Assembly (NCBI RefSeq): GCF_009914755.1
Contig: NC_060938.1
Source of the DNA: the human T2T-CHM13v2.0 reference genome, Homo sapiens
DNA length: 64,000 bases
Reading direction: 5' to 3' (one strand)
This document shows positions 25,208-38,221 of this stretch, in pieces. The position numbers were made by a program, and so were the translations under genes. Under the pieces are notes generated by a model. That model worked only from the letters and a program-made list of their open reading frames with translations. It did no database searches and had not been told where the DNA came from. Position 1 is the stretch's first letter; the number at the start of each line of letters is the position of its first letter.

Positions 25208-26354
25208 AAGAATAAGAAGGGGCATTTGGAGAGAAGAGGATATCTACACACAATGATACCAGTGGATAATAGTGTTTTAAGAGAGAGAAAATATCAAAAT
25301 TGTTTGTTATGACTGAGATATAGGTAAGACAATTAATGCAGAACCCACTGTTCTATCAATAAAGACATTTTACGTACACTCGATTACTGCCAGTTTTTCT
25401 TAAGTTACAGCTCTTTGGCCCCAAGGGCCTTCTGAAGTTATTTATAAGTATAAAAAACTAATATTGCAAATTAGTTCTTTAAAGTGCTATTTACATTCCA
25501 CTACTTAAGGTGAAAATCCACTTTAGGATAATTCCATCCAGCATTGAATCCTGAAGAAACACAATCTGCATTGGCACTTTGAAAAGTAGTAAATGCTGCA
25601 CAGCATTTTGGGAAACAGAACAATGGAAACACAAATTATTTGTTCATTTAGAGATTTATTTGGGATCGAAACTGCCATTTGTTTTGTAGTGACATGTACA
25701 GGTCTAGCATTTCTCTTCAAATTCTCTTGCAAGCTTTTATTTAAGCAATATTTCTAGAGATTAATGACTGCCTGGAAGGGCTTGCTCCTTAGTCCATTAA
25801 CTCCAACCAGTCATTAATTTCCCTGAAAAGTGCTGTGTGAAAGTTATTATTGCCAATATGAACTGAAAATGAAAGAAACATACAGTATGCATATGGATTT
25901 TACTCACTACCCCAGAATGATGCAAAGTTAATTCATTTGTTTGAGGATATTCAGGAAAAACGAAACCCTTGTATATGAACCACTCACTTTGCTTAGTCTT
26001 ATTCTTGGCAGTCTAGTTTTGTCTATATTGAAACAGTTAACTTACATTGACATTAGAAGAGCACGAGCACCCAGATTTAATCCAAAAACCTTGACCCAAC
26101 CAATATATGTTAATCTTAAACACAATATGTTATACATAGTAGATTGTTAAAATTTTAGCCTACTTTGTAATGAGAACTTTCCTAGTTTGACAGAAATAGT
26201 TCTATAAGGTACAGATATTGGCACCTTATAGAGACATAAACTAATCGTTTACTCAGCTTAAATACAGAAATATCAAATTAACCTACCAAGAACAAATACA
26301 GACTTTTTTCCCCAAATATATTTAAAATGCTTTCCAAGATACTTATCACTGGAT

Positions 26355-26723
26355 TGATTTCTTAGTGCAGACTGTTATTAACAGAATACTCTGGGCTGAG
26401 TAGTTTAAGCTATACAAATGTATTTCACACGTTTCAGAGGCTGAGAAATTCAAAATCAAGGTGCTGGTGGTTTTAGTGTCTGGTGAGTTCATTCTTTGTG
26501 GTTTGCAGATGATTGTCTTCATGTTTTGTCCCCACATGGCAGACAGCAGAGAGAGAGGAAGCAAGCTCTCTTGTGTGTTTTCATAAGGGCACTACTTCCA
26601 TGTAGGATGATGCCACTCTCATGACCTAAGTAGCTCCAAAGAGCCTAATAAGTATATCATACCGTCAAATTGAGGTTTAGGATTACAACATATGAATATT
26701 GGAGACACAAATAGTCCATAGTA
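26355..26723 (-). mobile_element. MLT1A-type MaLR LTR
   Basis: GAGGCTGAGAAATTCAAAATCAAGGTGCTGG...GTCTGGTGAG...ACAACATATGAAT. Confidence 0.75.
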
Positions 26724-27134
26724 GTCTATCATGAATAGAACAGTGCTTCCAGAAGACACAGAATGTGATCATGAAGTTACGTCAAAACACACTTTACTTT
26801 TTGGACCATGAAATATTTTAAGATTTATTATATAAGACCCATGAGCAAAAAATTATTTTATCTCTTGTACATTTATCTGTGAGACTAAATAAGGTTGTTA
26901 AATCTTATTTTTTCCTAAAGAGGTTATTAAATATTTATTCCAATTATTGTCTTCATCTATTTCAATTTATAAAATGTTTTACACTTTTGACCATCTCTTT
27001 ACAAAAAAAAAAAAAAAATACCATTATAGACTACATCTACTCTCTTCCAGACCAATAATTTTTAGCAGTATATGATTTTCTCTTTCATCAAATAGAATGA
27101 AAATTTGATTATGAGACTTCATAATAAAAATGGC

Positions 27135-27345
27135 ATATATATGTATATACACCCATATATATACAGGTACACATATGCACATGCATGCATATGTAGATAG
27201 GTAAAAATACACTCGTGTCTGCATAAATTCATATGCATACACACTACACACATATGCATGTATATGTGTTTGTATGTGCATAAATATGTATACATGTACA
27301 CATGTATGGTAATTAATCCCCAAATGCCCAGCACATGCATAATAC
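27135..27345. repeat. degenerate (CATA/TATG)n low-complexity tract
   Basis: Alternating purine-pyrimidine repeats. Confidence 0.8.
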
Positions 27346-27499
27346 ACATTTACCGAAAAAATATGTTTTACGTCATACTTTTCACCTGTTTAATAACTCA
27401 CAATTATAGCTACACTTTCATTGACTTACTATAAATCAAATAAAAATAAATATAGGTTCAGTAATTTATTATGAAATCTAAAGCTCATTCTCTAACTTA

Positions 27500-28300
27500 A
27501 GTTGAATACTTTTAGTAATCTATATTATAAAATGTGTTGTGTATATTTAAAAAAATGCCTATTCATGTGTTTATTTCAATTGAAATATGGAATCAATTGT
27601 TCTTTAAGAGAAAAAGTAAGCCTGATTTGTCTGATCAGCTTGACCATAAAGATTTGTTTAAACATGTTGGTAATGTAATAATTATTCCCATATATGTAGT
27701 GACCTAAATCTCAAACTTAAAAGTATTGGCAAAAATGAATTTAACATCTGTGATAAAAGTATTTTGTTAAAACATATCATGATAATAAAAATTTATTAAA
27801 ATTAATATTTAGATTTTAAATGCTGAGTTTATTAGATTAAATGAGGTGCCTCAAAATAAAAGTGTCACATATATAATTAAATAGTCATTTGGTAAATCTT
27901 GTTAAGCATTTTTGGTAAAATTTCCAGACTCTGAGGAAATAAATGCTACTAAGGACTTGATAACAAATCATTTTGAAAATAATATGGTTAACATTTCTTT
28001 TCTTTCAACACTATTAAAGGAGAAACTCATTACTTGTTGATAGATCATCACAAAGGATTTTTGATGATAAATTATTCATAATTTCAGCTTTTAACAGAAA
28101 AATTCAAAAACTTCATTGTCATTGTTATAATAAAGTTTATTTAAATTACATCAGTGTTTTCTTACATCTATAAAAATCAAAAATAATCTTATCGAAAAAT
28201 ATATTTCACAACCAGTGGACACATTGATTAATGAAGTCAAGAACACACACACATATACACAGAACAGCCCAACCCCATTGAAATGCATTTGAAAAATATC
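27500..28300 (+). mobile_element. possible very old hAT-Charlie transposase remnant
   Basis: AT-rich; motifs such as TTAAAGGAGAAACTCATT...GATAGATCATCACAAAGGATTTTTGATGAT resemble Charlie coding sequence; weak. Confidence 0.3.
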
Positions 28301-28664
28301 TTTTTTAGATTTAATCATAATTTGTTCATATTTGCATTATATGTTTTAAAATCAATTGTGAACTAGTAATATTATACTTAAAGGCCTTTTAAAAGTAGCA
28401 CCATTATTTCACAAAATATTCAAAAAATTAATTTGTAATTTTTTGCAGTAAAATATGTTGATTACAAGGGGCTTTTGATCATTAATTTGTGGAATAATAA
28501 GATAAAATTATATGTAAATATAAATATAATGTAAACCAATAAAAGACATTTTAAATGTTCTTACTGCTTTAAAGAATTTGCATTTTTTTTCTTGTTCACA
28601 GGTATAATAAGGATACTAAGTGCAAAATTTATCTTGTATGTGGGCAGGACTATTTTGCTTACTT

Positions 28665-31315
28665 TTTAAAAATGGAGCTTTAATTTTTAGAACATTTTTA
28701 GATACAGAGAAAAATTAAGAAGATTGTCCACAGAGTCCGATGTACCCCACACTGAGTTTCCACCATTCTTAACATCTTATATTAGTATGGCTCATTTATT
28801 ACAATTCAAAAAACAGTATGGATATATCACCATTAACTAAAGTTTACAGTTTCAACCGGATTTTTAAATTTCACTTAATGCTCTTTTTTTCTTCCAGGAT
28901 TCTATCCAGGTTACTGTAATACATTTATTTGCCATGTCTCCTTATGCTCTTCTTGGCTGTGACAGTTTCTTCATTGCATTTGATAAACTTAACAGCTTTG
29001 AGGGGTACTGGTTGAATATTTTGTAGAATGTCTCTCTCTTGGAATTATTCTGATGCTTTTTTTTTTGTTGTTGTTTATTTTGTGTTTTCCATGGTTAGAA
29101 TGAGGTTAGGGGTTTCTGGCAAGCAGAGCATAAAGAAGTGCCATTTCCATTACATCACACCAAGGGCACTTTCATAGTCTGTGCTGCATTAAGAGACTAT
29201 CCCAGGCTGGGAATTTATAAAGAACAGAAATTCATCTCCCACAGCACTGGAAGCTGGAAAGTCCAAGATCCAGGTGTTGGCATTTGGTCTGGTGAGGGTC
29301 TTCTTGCTGTGTCCTCACATGGCAGAAGGCAGAAGGGCAAGCTAGCCCAACACTGAATGAAGCCTCCTTTGTTAAAGTCCTTAAACTCATGCATGGGAGA
29401 GATCCCTCAGGGTCCAATCAGCTCTTTAAGGCCACACCTCTTAATATTATCGCATTGGCAACACCTGGATTTTGGAGAAGACACGTTCAAACCATAGCAG
29501 GTACATACGACAAACATGATTTATGGCTGTTGATGCTGATCTTGTTCTTTGGCTGAAGGGTTTTGTCAGGTTTCTCTACTGTGGAGTTTCTGTCTTATTC
29601 CCATTTCCACGTTGTATCTTTAGAGGCAATCAGTATATCCATCTCACACTTAAAGAGTGAAGAGTTTTGTTTCACCTCCTTAAGAGCAGAGTTTTTTACA
29701 TAAATTATTTGGATTCCTACATAGGAGATTTGTCTCTTCTCTTCCATTTATTTATGTATTCAGCCACATTTAAGTTAAAGTAGACTTCAGTGGATATTTA
29801 TTTTATATGTTGGGTTATAATTAAATATCTCTTTATTTATGTTATAGCTCAAATTTTTCTAGCTTTGACCAATAGGAGCTCTTTCAGTTGGCTTCTCCCT
29901 TTGATATAGCCCCACCAATGTAAGAGTGTGTGTGTATTTTGAGTGCTACTTTACCAGGCTCCTGTTGTATATTGTCTACCTTTATCCTGCTTGTCAGCCG
30001 TTTTTCTTCCTTTTATTGCAGAATGGTATTAGTAATCAAGATCTGGGTGTTGGGCATGTTCCCTGATATTGATTTCACTGCTTTCATATAAACGTAGCTG
30101 ATAGAGGATGAAAATATATGTGTGCATAAAAATCCTGTGTACATATATATTTCCCAGTATTTTGGGGTGTTGCCCTCTGTAGCTACGTTTAACCAAATAT
30201 TAGTTCATACTGATGTCTTCAGCTGTAATCCATTACATTTATCATTCGAGACTTCTCCCTACCTATCCCAACTCTATCTGTATCTCTATCTCACTCTCCG
30301 ACAGTGAGAAATATGGCTCCATGTACCATGCATGTGCTTAATTGCTCACTTTTAGTATACCTGTATAGCAGTATCAGAATTGTAAACCCACCCCAAATGG
30401 AAGCAAATATACCAACTTGAGTAGAGTGATTATGTACAGTTCCTTTTGCCTTCACTCATACTGACTCCACTAATTTCCAAAGTTATTTAGGTCAGCATCT
30501 TTTCCCTGGACCCCTTCAGTGAAGTTGTTTTAATTATTTGTAATGCAATTAGAACATTTTCTCACAGTCTGCATTCAATCCTGAGAGCCCACAACCTCCT
30601 GAATAGTTTTTTCCTGCATTGTTTCTTTGTGCTGTAAAATTCTGCAGATTTTGACAAACGCATAAATTCATGCATTTGCCATTACCATATCACACCCAAT
30701 ACTCCTTCATTCTGAAAAAGTCCGTATGTCTCATTTATTTAACCCTTCCCCCTTTTCCTAGGATCCCTAGCAACCACTGGTCTTTTTAAAGTCTCTGTTT
30801 GTTTGCTCTTTCCAGAATGTCATATTATTTGAATCATACAATCTGTAGTCTTTTCAGATTGCTTTTTTTCACTTAGAGATAGCACTTTAATATTTATTCA
30901 TGTCTTTTTAAGATATGAATTGGTGTATTTTAAAAATTGCTGAATAATATTTCATTGTATGGATGCACCACAGCTTATCTTTTTAAGGACACCTTGGTTA
31001 TTTCCAGTTTTTGACAATTATGAATAAAGCTGCTATAAACATTTATGTGTAAGTTTTTGTGTGGACATAAGCTTTCAAATCAATCTGAGTGCAACTTGCT
31101 GCATTGCATGGCAGGACTATGTTTAGCTTTGTAGGAAATTGCCCAACTGGCTTCCAATGCTACTCTCCCTTTTTGCATTCCCAGCAGCAATAAATGGGAG
31201 TTCCTGTTGCTCTGAATATTCACCAGCATTGCTACTGTCAGTTTGTTTATTTGTCTGTTTTCTAATTTTAGCCATTTGAATTGGTATGTGATAGCAGGTG
31301 CACTAAAATCACTGT
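28665..31315 (-). mobile_element. L1 (L1MC/L1MD-type) 3' region, interrupted by a MaLR LTR
   Basis: TTAATTTTTAGAACATTTTTAGATACAGAGAAAAATT...; GGATGCACCACAG...TTATGAATAAAGCTGCTATAAACATT...GCATTCCCAGCAGCAAT. Confidence 0.8.
29170..29499 (-). mobile_element. MST/MLT1A-type MaLR LTR
   Basis: GGCTGGGAATTTATAAAGAACAGAAATT...GTCCAAGATCCAGGTG...ACACGTTCAAACCATAGCA. Confidence 0.8.
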
Positions 31316-31519
31316 GATCTTCCGTCTTGCTCTTTCTTTAAACCTAGATACAAAATTGCCATGTGAAATATGCACCATTTTGACATACAAGTAGGGTACA
31401 ACATATGTACACTGACCTATAGATGAAGATATGAGGCCATCCAAATTGGAATCTGCCACCTCAGTGTGAATCATGCTACTTGATAAAGGTAACATTTTCT
31501 ACTACTATGTATAATTTTT

Positions 31520-31855
31520 CATCCATATATATATATATGGTACTTCTTAAAATTATATAAATAGATATGGATGAAATTATGTGTATATATATAATATATA
31601 TACATAAAATTATGTATAAACTAAATTATGTATATGTATATACTATTATGTACATAGTATTATGTATATACTATGTATATATTAAAATACATAAAATTAT
31701 ATGTATAATAAAAATATGTATAATATATACTTAAAATTATGCATGTACATACTATATGTATATACTAAAATACATGAACTTATGTATATCCTAAAATTAT
31801 GTATAATATATACTTAAAATTATGTATATATATAATATACACTTAAAATTATAAG
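31520..31855. repeat. AT-rich degenerate minisatellite (AAAATTATGTATA..)
   Basis: Repeated AAAATTATG(T/C)AT units. Confidence 0.8.
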
Positions 31856-34800
31856 TTCATGTAGAAGAAAAGCCATTGAATTGTCTACAGTATTCACATC
31901 ATAATCAAATATTTCTTTTTAAATGTATCATTGCTATATTTCATATTTTTTGATATGTAAAAGGCACTGTACTGGGCTCTCAGAATTGAATACTGTATGT
32001 TTGCTTCTCTGAAAGATTTTAAATTTTGAATAGAGCATTCATATAAAATATAATTTCAAAAATTATATTTTTATATTGATTAATTCAATCATAAGGCAAT
32101 TACAGAACACTAACCAAGTGGCAGTAACTATGTTAAGGTTGAGGTTTAAAAAGAAAATTAAAATGTGGCTATTCAGATGCAAGAGTTAATACTCCAGCAG
32201 AGGAGATAAAAGTTAAGTCAATTCGCACAATAAGGGAAAAGGATATTTAAAAGCAACATTTTATCTCATTTAAAATATAGTATGTGCTCTCCTTAATAAA
32301 TTTGCCTACAAAAATTATACTTCTGGATACCTTTAAGAACATGCATCTTTGTGCAAATAAAAATTGTATTCATTTTCAGTATATGAATAAAAGTCTATAA
32401 GTACTACATAACCAATATTCTGCCTTATTGTGACAATTCTAAAATGCTTGAAAATAATATAAAGATAATTAATTGACACGTGTGAAGAAAAAGGAGGAAA
32501 TAGCATATTGGAAAAAATTACTGGAATATTATCACTTTACCAATTTTTAAATATTTGGATAGGTTTATAAATTATAGATCATGCAATGTAACTTTCTGAT
32601 AAACAAAGTGGAATGTTTGGAAGCAGAAAGCTCACCAAATTTCCTCTTTTTTATATGTCCATTCTTTTATGTTTAATTATAATAAATATATAGGCTAGGT
32701 ATTCATTAAAAAGTACACTTATAATAACTATATTTTATTGTATCTAAGATTCCTTCTATTATGTACTACTAAGAAAGAAAAACAGGCTCTTACAACTCAG
32801 GAAGCTTGCTAGTTTTAAGGGTAGAGCCTCCATTAGTAGTCCTGTGATGTAAAGTAAATTATTTAACTTCTCTGAATCTTATTGTTCTTATTAATAAAGT
32901 AAAGCAATAAAATAGGTTTCAATTAATATGTATTTTGCAGACCTTTTAAACAGTGTGTTTTAATGTAGCCCAGACTAATGTTTCCCTCCTAAAAGATCAA
33001 CATCTAGGAAACTAGGGAGGGAAAATAAGATTCGGGAAAAAATAAACAAATAACTGGAAAAAAGAAAGGTTGCTTTGAAATGTTGTCTGTGGTTGCTGTA
33101 ATTGGAAGAGTGGCATGGGGGCCATTTTGGAGTGGTCTGAGTTTTTCCCTTTCCTTTATGCTCTACTTAGTTTAGGAAAATAAATACCTGTCTCCTCACT
33201 GCAAAAAACCAAGGCCAATGTCTCAAACACTGGTGTAGTTTTCTGCAGGGGTAATTTGTGCACAACATAAAGGCTTGAACTTATGAAGAGATGAAGAAAT
33301 ACCTGTCTATGACTAGCCTCTAGATTTAAATCACCCATTCTTCCATTATTAAACTCTTGATGCTGATATACTGCAAAGCCTTATAACACTTTCCCTACAG
33401 GCAAGAGGTTAAAAAACACACCTGAACAAAAAGAGATAAAAAAGAAGTGTTTAGTCGCCTGGGCATCTACAACATGGGGACACCCCTTCTCATTCTTTGA
33501 GACCACGTGGGTTGACAAAGACCAGAATACAGCTTTTATTAGATGCATTATCAAACAAAAACACTGAGAGTTCCCAGGGAAATATGAGCTCAGGAGGACT
33601 TTACAGATTTAAAAAACTGGATATCATCAAAGCAAAAGTATTAAAAATTTTGAGATATAGATTAAAAGCACAGTAAAAATACAGAAATATATTGGTAACA
33701 TAAAATAAAAATGTATAGCAAATCATTAAATAATTAAGTATGAAAACAAAAACTTAAAGAACACAAAAGATGAGATAAATGGTATATAGAAAAAAGCTGG
33801 AGAATACATAATTGATTGGAAAATCACATTTAGGAACTCTCCCAGAATGAAGTGGAAGAGAATATAAAAATTTATAAAATGAAAGCTAAATTGTAAAAGA
33901 TAGAATAGGAACAGTCAACATACAGATAACAGAGAACCCTAAAGGACAGAAAAATAAAAATAGAGGCAATAAAATATTTGGAGATATAATGAAGATACAT
34001 TTCTCAGAATTAAAGACAAAAACATTAAGTTGAAATGGAGTAAAAAATGCTAAACCAAACAGATAATAGCAACAAAAATAATAAATGAAACCTATACAAA
34101 TTCAAAACAATTTCCAAAAGCTTTTAAAGAATAATAACGAGCAGTCTAAAAGGGAAAAAAAATAACTAGCTTGCTCTTCAATAGCAACCATGGATTAAAG
34201 AAGGTGATAGAATAATATTTTGTAAGTGAAAAAGAAAATATGACTCTGAGCTTAGAACCTATTTAGCAAAAATTTATTCAAAACTATGGGTATAATTTCT
34301 GAAAAACTGTCTCAGGCACGTAAGGCCTTAGAATGTCTTCTCCTAAGTGTATGTTATAAAAACAAGTTTGTAGTCAAAATTTAAAAAATTCTGCAAGACA
34401 ATGCAAGAACAGATGCCGCAGGACAAATAAGAACCTAGGATAATCTCATAGCATCCTCAAGGTAGTTATATTCTAAACAACTGCTAAGACCAAATAAAGG
34501 AAATATATAAATTCTACTTACAGTTACTAAGAATTAAAATTCTAACTAGACCCTGTACATATGATGGAAATTATTGTGAGAAGAACAAAACATGTTGACT
34601 GGACCGAAGTGAAACTATAAAAATAATTTTTTTAAAGTAAGATTGGATTATAAGGGAAGGAAAATTTGGCAAATTGAAATTAAAAAGTAAAATGGGAGAA
34701 AAAATGCTGCTCAATTGTATTAACATAACAATCAACATAAAAGGACAAAATGCGGTTGCTAAAAACTAGATTTGGATTAGATTTTTGAAAGTAGAAAATG

Positions 34801-36449
34801 AGAAGATCCAATTATAAGACGTTAAGAAGATATGCCTAAACATAGAGGATAAAGTTATACAAAGCAAAATGAAAGACAAAAAAAAAAAAAAATTCAGGAT
34901 ACTATTAGGCAAGACAGTTCATGACTATTAGGTAAGACAGTTCATGACACTAGCAGGCAAAATTGTTTTAAAAACAAAAATCATCAGCAAATATTAATGT
35001 TTTATTATACTATGCCATTAGGCTTAATTTGTAAGAATACATAAAATTAATAACATGCATGCACCTCATAAAACAGTCTTCAACTATATAAAGCAAAATT
35101 TCACATAATGACAGAGACATACAAACCCAGTGTCAGAGTAGGAGATTTTACTATGCCGCCTAATTATTATAGGTTGAATATGAAAGTTGTGAACAATAGA
35201 CTTATTCAACTTAACTTCAGAGAGGGTGTGGAAAAGGAGAGAGTGTTATGTAAAAAGCGGTGCATTCAGTAAATTAGAAATTATATGTTCTCAAGTATGC
35301 ACTAAATATTTAAATTAAATTATGTATTGTGCATTAAACATTAAAATAGTTCTCAAAGAACTATTTATAATTCCCATCAACTACTTTATAATTCTGATTT
35401 CAACAGAATTAAATTAGAACTTAGTAGCAAAAAATAAATTTGAAATACGGCTATTTGAAAAGAGTAACAAAATAGACAACCTCCAAAAAGGGTCATAGAA
35501 ATAAAACTAAAGAAAATGCAGATAAAAATTATTGCAAACAAAAATTGAGACATGATTACAGATTGATAATAGAAGTTTGTATTCAGTTAAATTGTTATCC
35601 AATATGAGGATACAATAAAAAACATTCTCAAGAATATAATTACAGATGAGGCAAAAATGTAACGAGGTCATAATTACAGACAGCAAAAGTTAAAATATAA
35701 CAGGTATTCTATATGTAAATTTATCCCCCAACTTTTTAAAATTTACATATGATAAAATAAAAATAAAATCTTAGAAAAATGTAATTTACCAAAAGTGACA
35801 GAAAAAGAGACAGGATCTATCGATAGTACTATGCTTAAGAAATTAAAGCTGTACTTTAACATCTTCCCTCAAAGAGAACTCACAGTCCAGAGGTTTTACA
35901 GTTGAGTTTTGGCAATGTTCAAAAACTAATTCATACCTTATAAAAACTCATCCAGATTATGCAAAAGGAAGAATTACTATTTATTTTATTCTGTGAAACA
36001 AATATAACATTGACACCCAAATCACAAAATTTCAGAAAAAAAAGAAAAATCACAGATCCCTTACACTTACAAAAATAGATGCAAAAATCCCAAAGAAGTA
36101 TTAGCAAACATCCAACAATATATTTAAAGATTATACTCAATGATCAGTGGCTTTCTTCTGAAAATATAAATATAATTTAGTATGATAAGCCTGCAGATAT
36201 CGTGTCCTACTTTAAATAGATAAAATTCTTGATTTAATAAATTCTAGTAAATTAGAAATAGATAAAAATTCTTTTATCTAATGGGTATATCTACAAATAT
36301 ACAACAAACAACAACCTAAGTGGAAAAATATATACATGTTAGAATATTCTTCTAACATCAAGATACTTGTTATCTCTACTTTTATTAATCACTACCTGGG
36401 ATTTCTTAGCAAGCCAAATAAAATAATGAGAAATAAATGCCATAACATT

Positions 36450-36950
36450 AGTGAACAATTTTTCTGTGGCTGCTGTAAAAATGACCACAAATGTGGTGGC
36501 TTAACACAACACACATTTGTTCTGTTTCAGTTCTGGAGGTCAGAATTCTGAAATTGTTTGCAGTTGGTCAAAATCAGGATGTCAGTAAGCCACATTCCCT
36601 CTAACTATTCAGGGAAGAGTCATTATTTGCCTCCTCTGATAGCTGTCAGCATTCCTTGGCTTGTTACTTAAATTACTTGAATTATTGATCTTAACACCTT
36701 ACTTTAATCTTTGCCTCTATGATCACATCACATTTTCCTCTTGTATCTGTGTAAAATCCCCCTCTGCCTCTCTATCTTATAAGCACAATTGTGATTTCAT
36801 GTAAGACCCACTTTGATAATCCAGGATAATACCCCTATTTCAAGATCCTTAACCACATTTGCAAAGACTTCTTTTGCCATATAAGATATTACTCACAGAC
36901 TGCAGAGATTAGAATGTGGGTATTTTTTGTGCGACCATTGTACAGCCTAG
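36450..36950 (-). mobile_element. MLT1C-type MaLR LTR
   Basis: GGCTGCTGTAAAAATGACCACAAATGTGGTGGCTTAACACAAC...GATAATCCAGGATAAT...CAAGATCCTTAA. Confidence 0.8.
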
Positions 36951-37589
36951 GAGAAAGAAGAAGACATATAAAACTTTAACTTTTTGTAAATAATATTACT
37001 GTCTACTCACTACCAAAAAATCACAGACAAATTATTATAAATAAGTGACTGGATCTGAGTTTAATATTCAACACTTTATTTCGATTATATAATATGGCAA
37101 CAAATAACAAGAGAGCATCATTTAAAAAATATAATATATGGTATCAACAAAAATTATCTTAAGGTAAAATAGTTGTAAACATAACCAGAATATCCAAGAT
37201 TTACAAGGGATAAATGATAAATCTTTATTGAGAGAAATTAAAGAAGACAAAGGAAGAGATGCACAATGTTTATATATGGGAAGACTTAATAGAATTAATT
37301 TAGTAAAGATTACATTTAATAAATATATCAAGTTTCTTCAAATTTATCTTAAATTTTAGTGTAATTTTGATAAAAATCTTAAAATTATAGAACTTTTCTG
37401 AGGTGAATTTACAATTTACATGAATTACCCAATGGCCAATTATAATCCAGATACATCTGGAGGAAGTTTTCTTTAAAAAGATTATGGTAGGATATTTGTC
37501 CCGTATATAGCAATATTTATTATTAAGCAATGACTGGCACATAGATGCACAAATTGATGAATGGCATAGAATTATGAACCCAGAAACAA

Positions 37590-37868
37590 ATATATATACT
37601 ATATATATATTATATATATATAATTTTACATATAATATATATATTATATATATATGTAATATATATATATTACATATATATGTAATATATATATATTACA
37701 TATATATGTAATATATATATTACATATATATGTAATATATATATATTATATATATGTAATATATATATGTAATATATATATTATATATATATGTAATATA
37801 TATATTATATATATATGTAATATATATATTATATATATATGTAATATATATATGTAATATATATGTAA
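37590..37868. repeat. (TA)n-rich minisatellite (TATATATGTAATATATATAT units)
   Basis: Direct inspection. Confidence 0.95.
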
Positions 37869-38221
37869 AATATTGCTTTATCAAGGAAGAGCCATGTTGT
37901 ATCAGTGGAGAATGGAAAATCTATTCTAAAATTGAAGCAGAACAAAATATCTACTCACATGAGAATGCAAACAAAGAAATAAGATTTTTATCTTACAAAA
38001 TATATCAATTCCAATTATACTGCAATATAATTGTATAAAGCAAAATTTTTAAGTACTTAGGAAAATACGGGTAAATCCAAATATCTTTTTAGCTTTTGGG
38101 TAGGAAAAGCTATGTTAACAAAAAATTAATAAATGATAAAGAAAAGATAAATTTATCTATATTAAAGCATAATACTTGTGTTCATAAAAAGGCACCTCAG
38201 ATAACTAAAAATATAGGTCAT

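Noticed and set aside
31520-31855. Repeat-spacer-like AT array suggesting CRISPR
   Set aside because: Degenerate low-complexity minisatellite without unique spacers, in eukaryotic DNA with no cas genes
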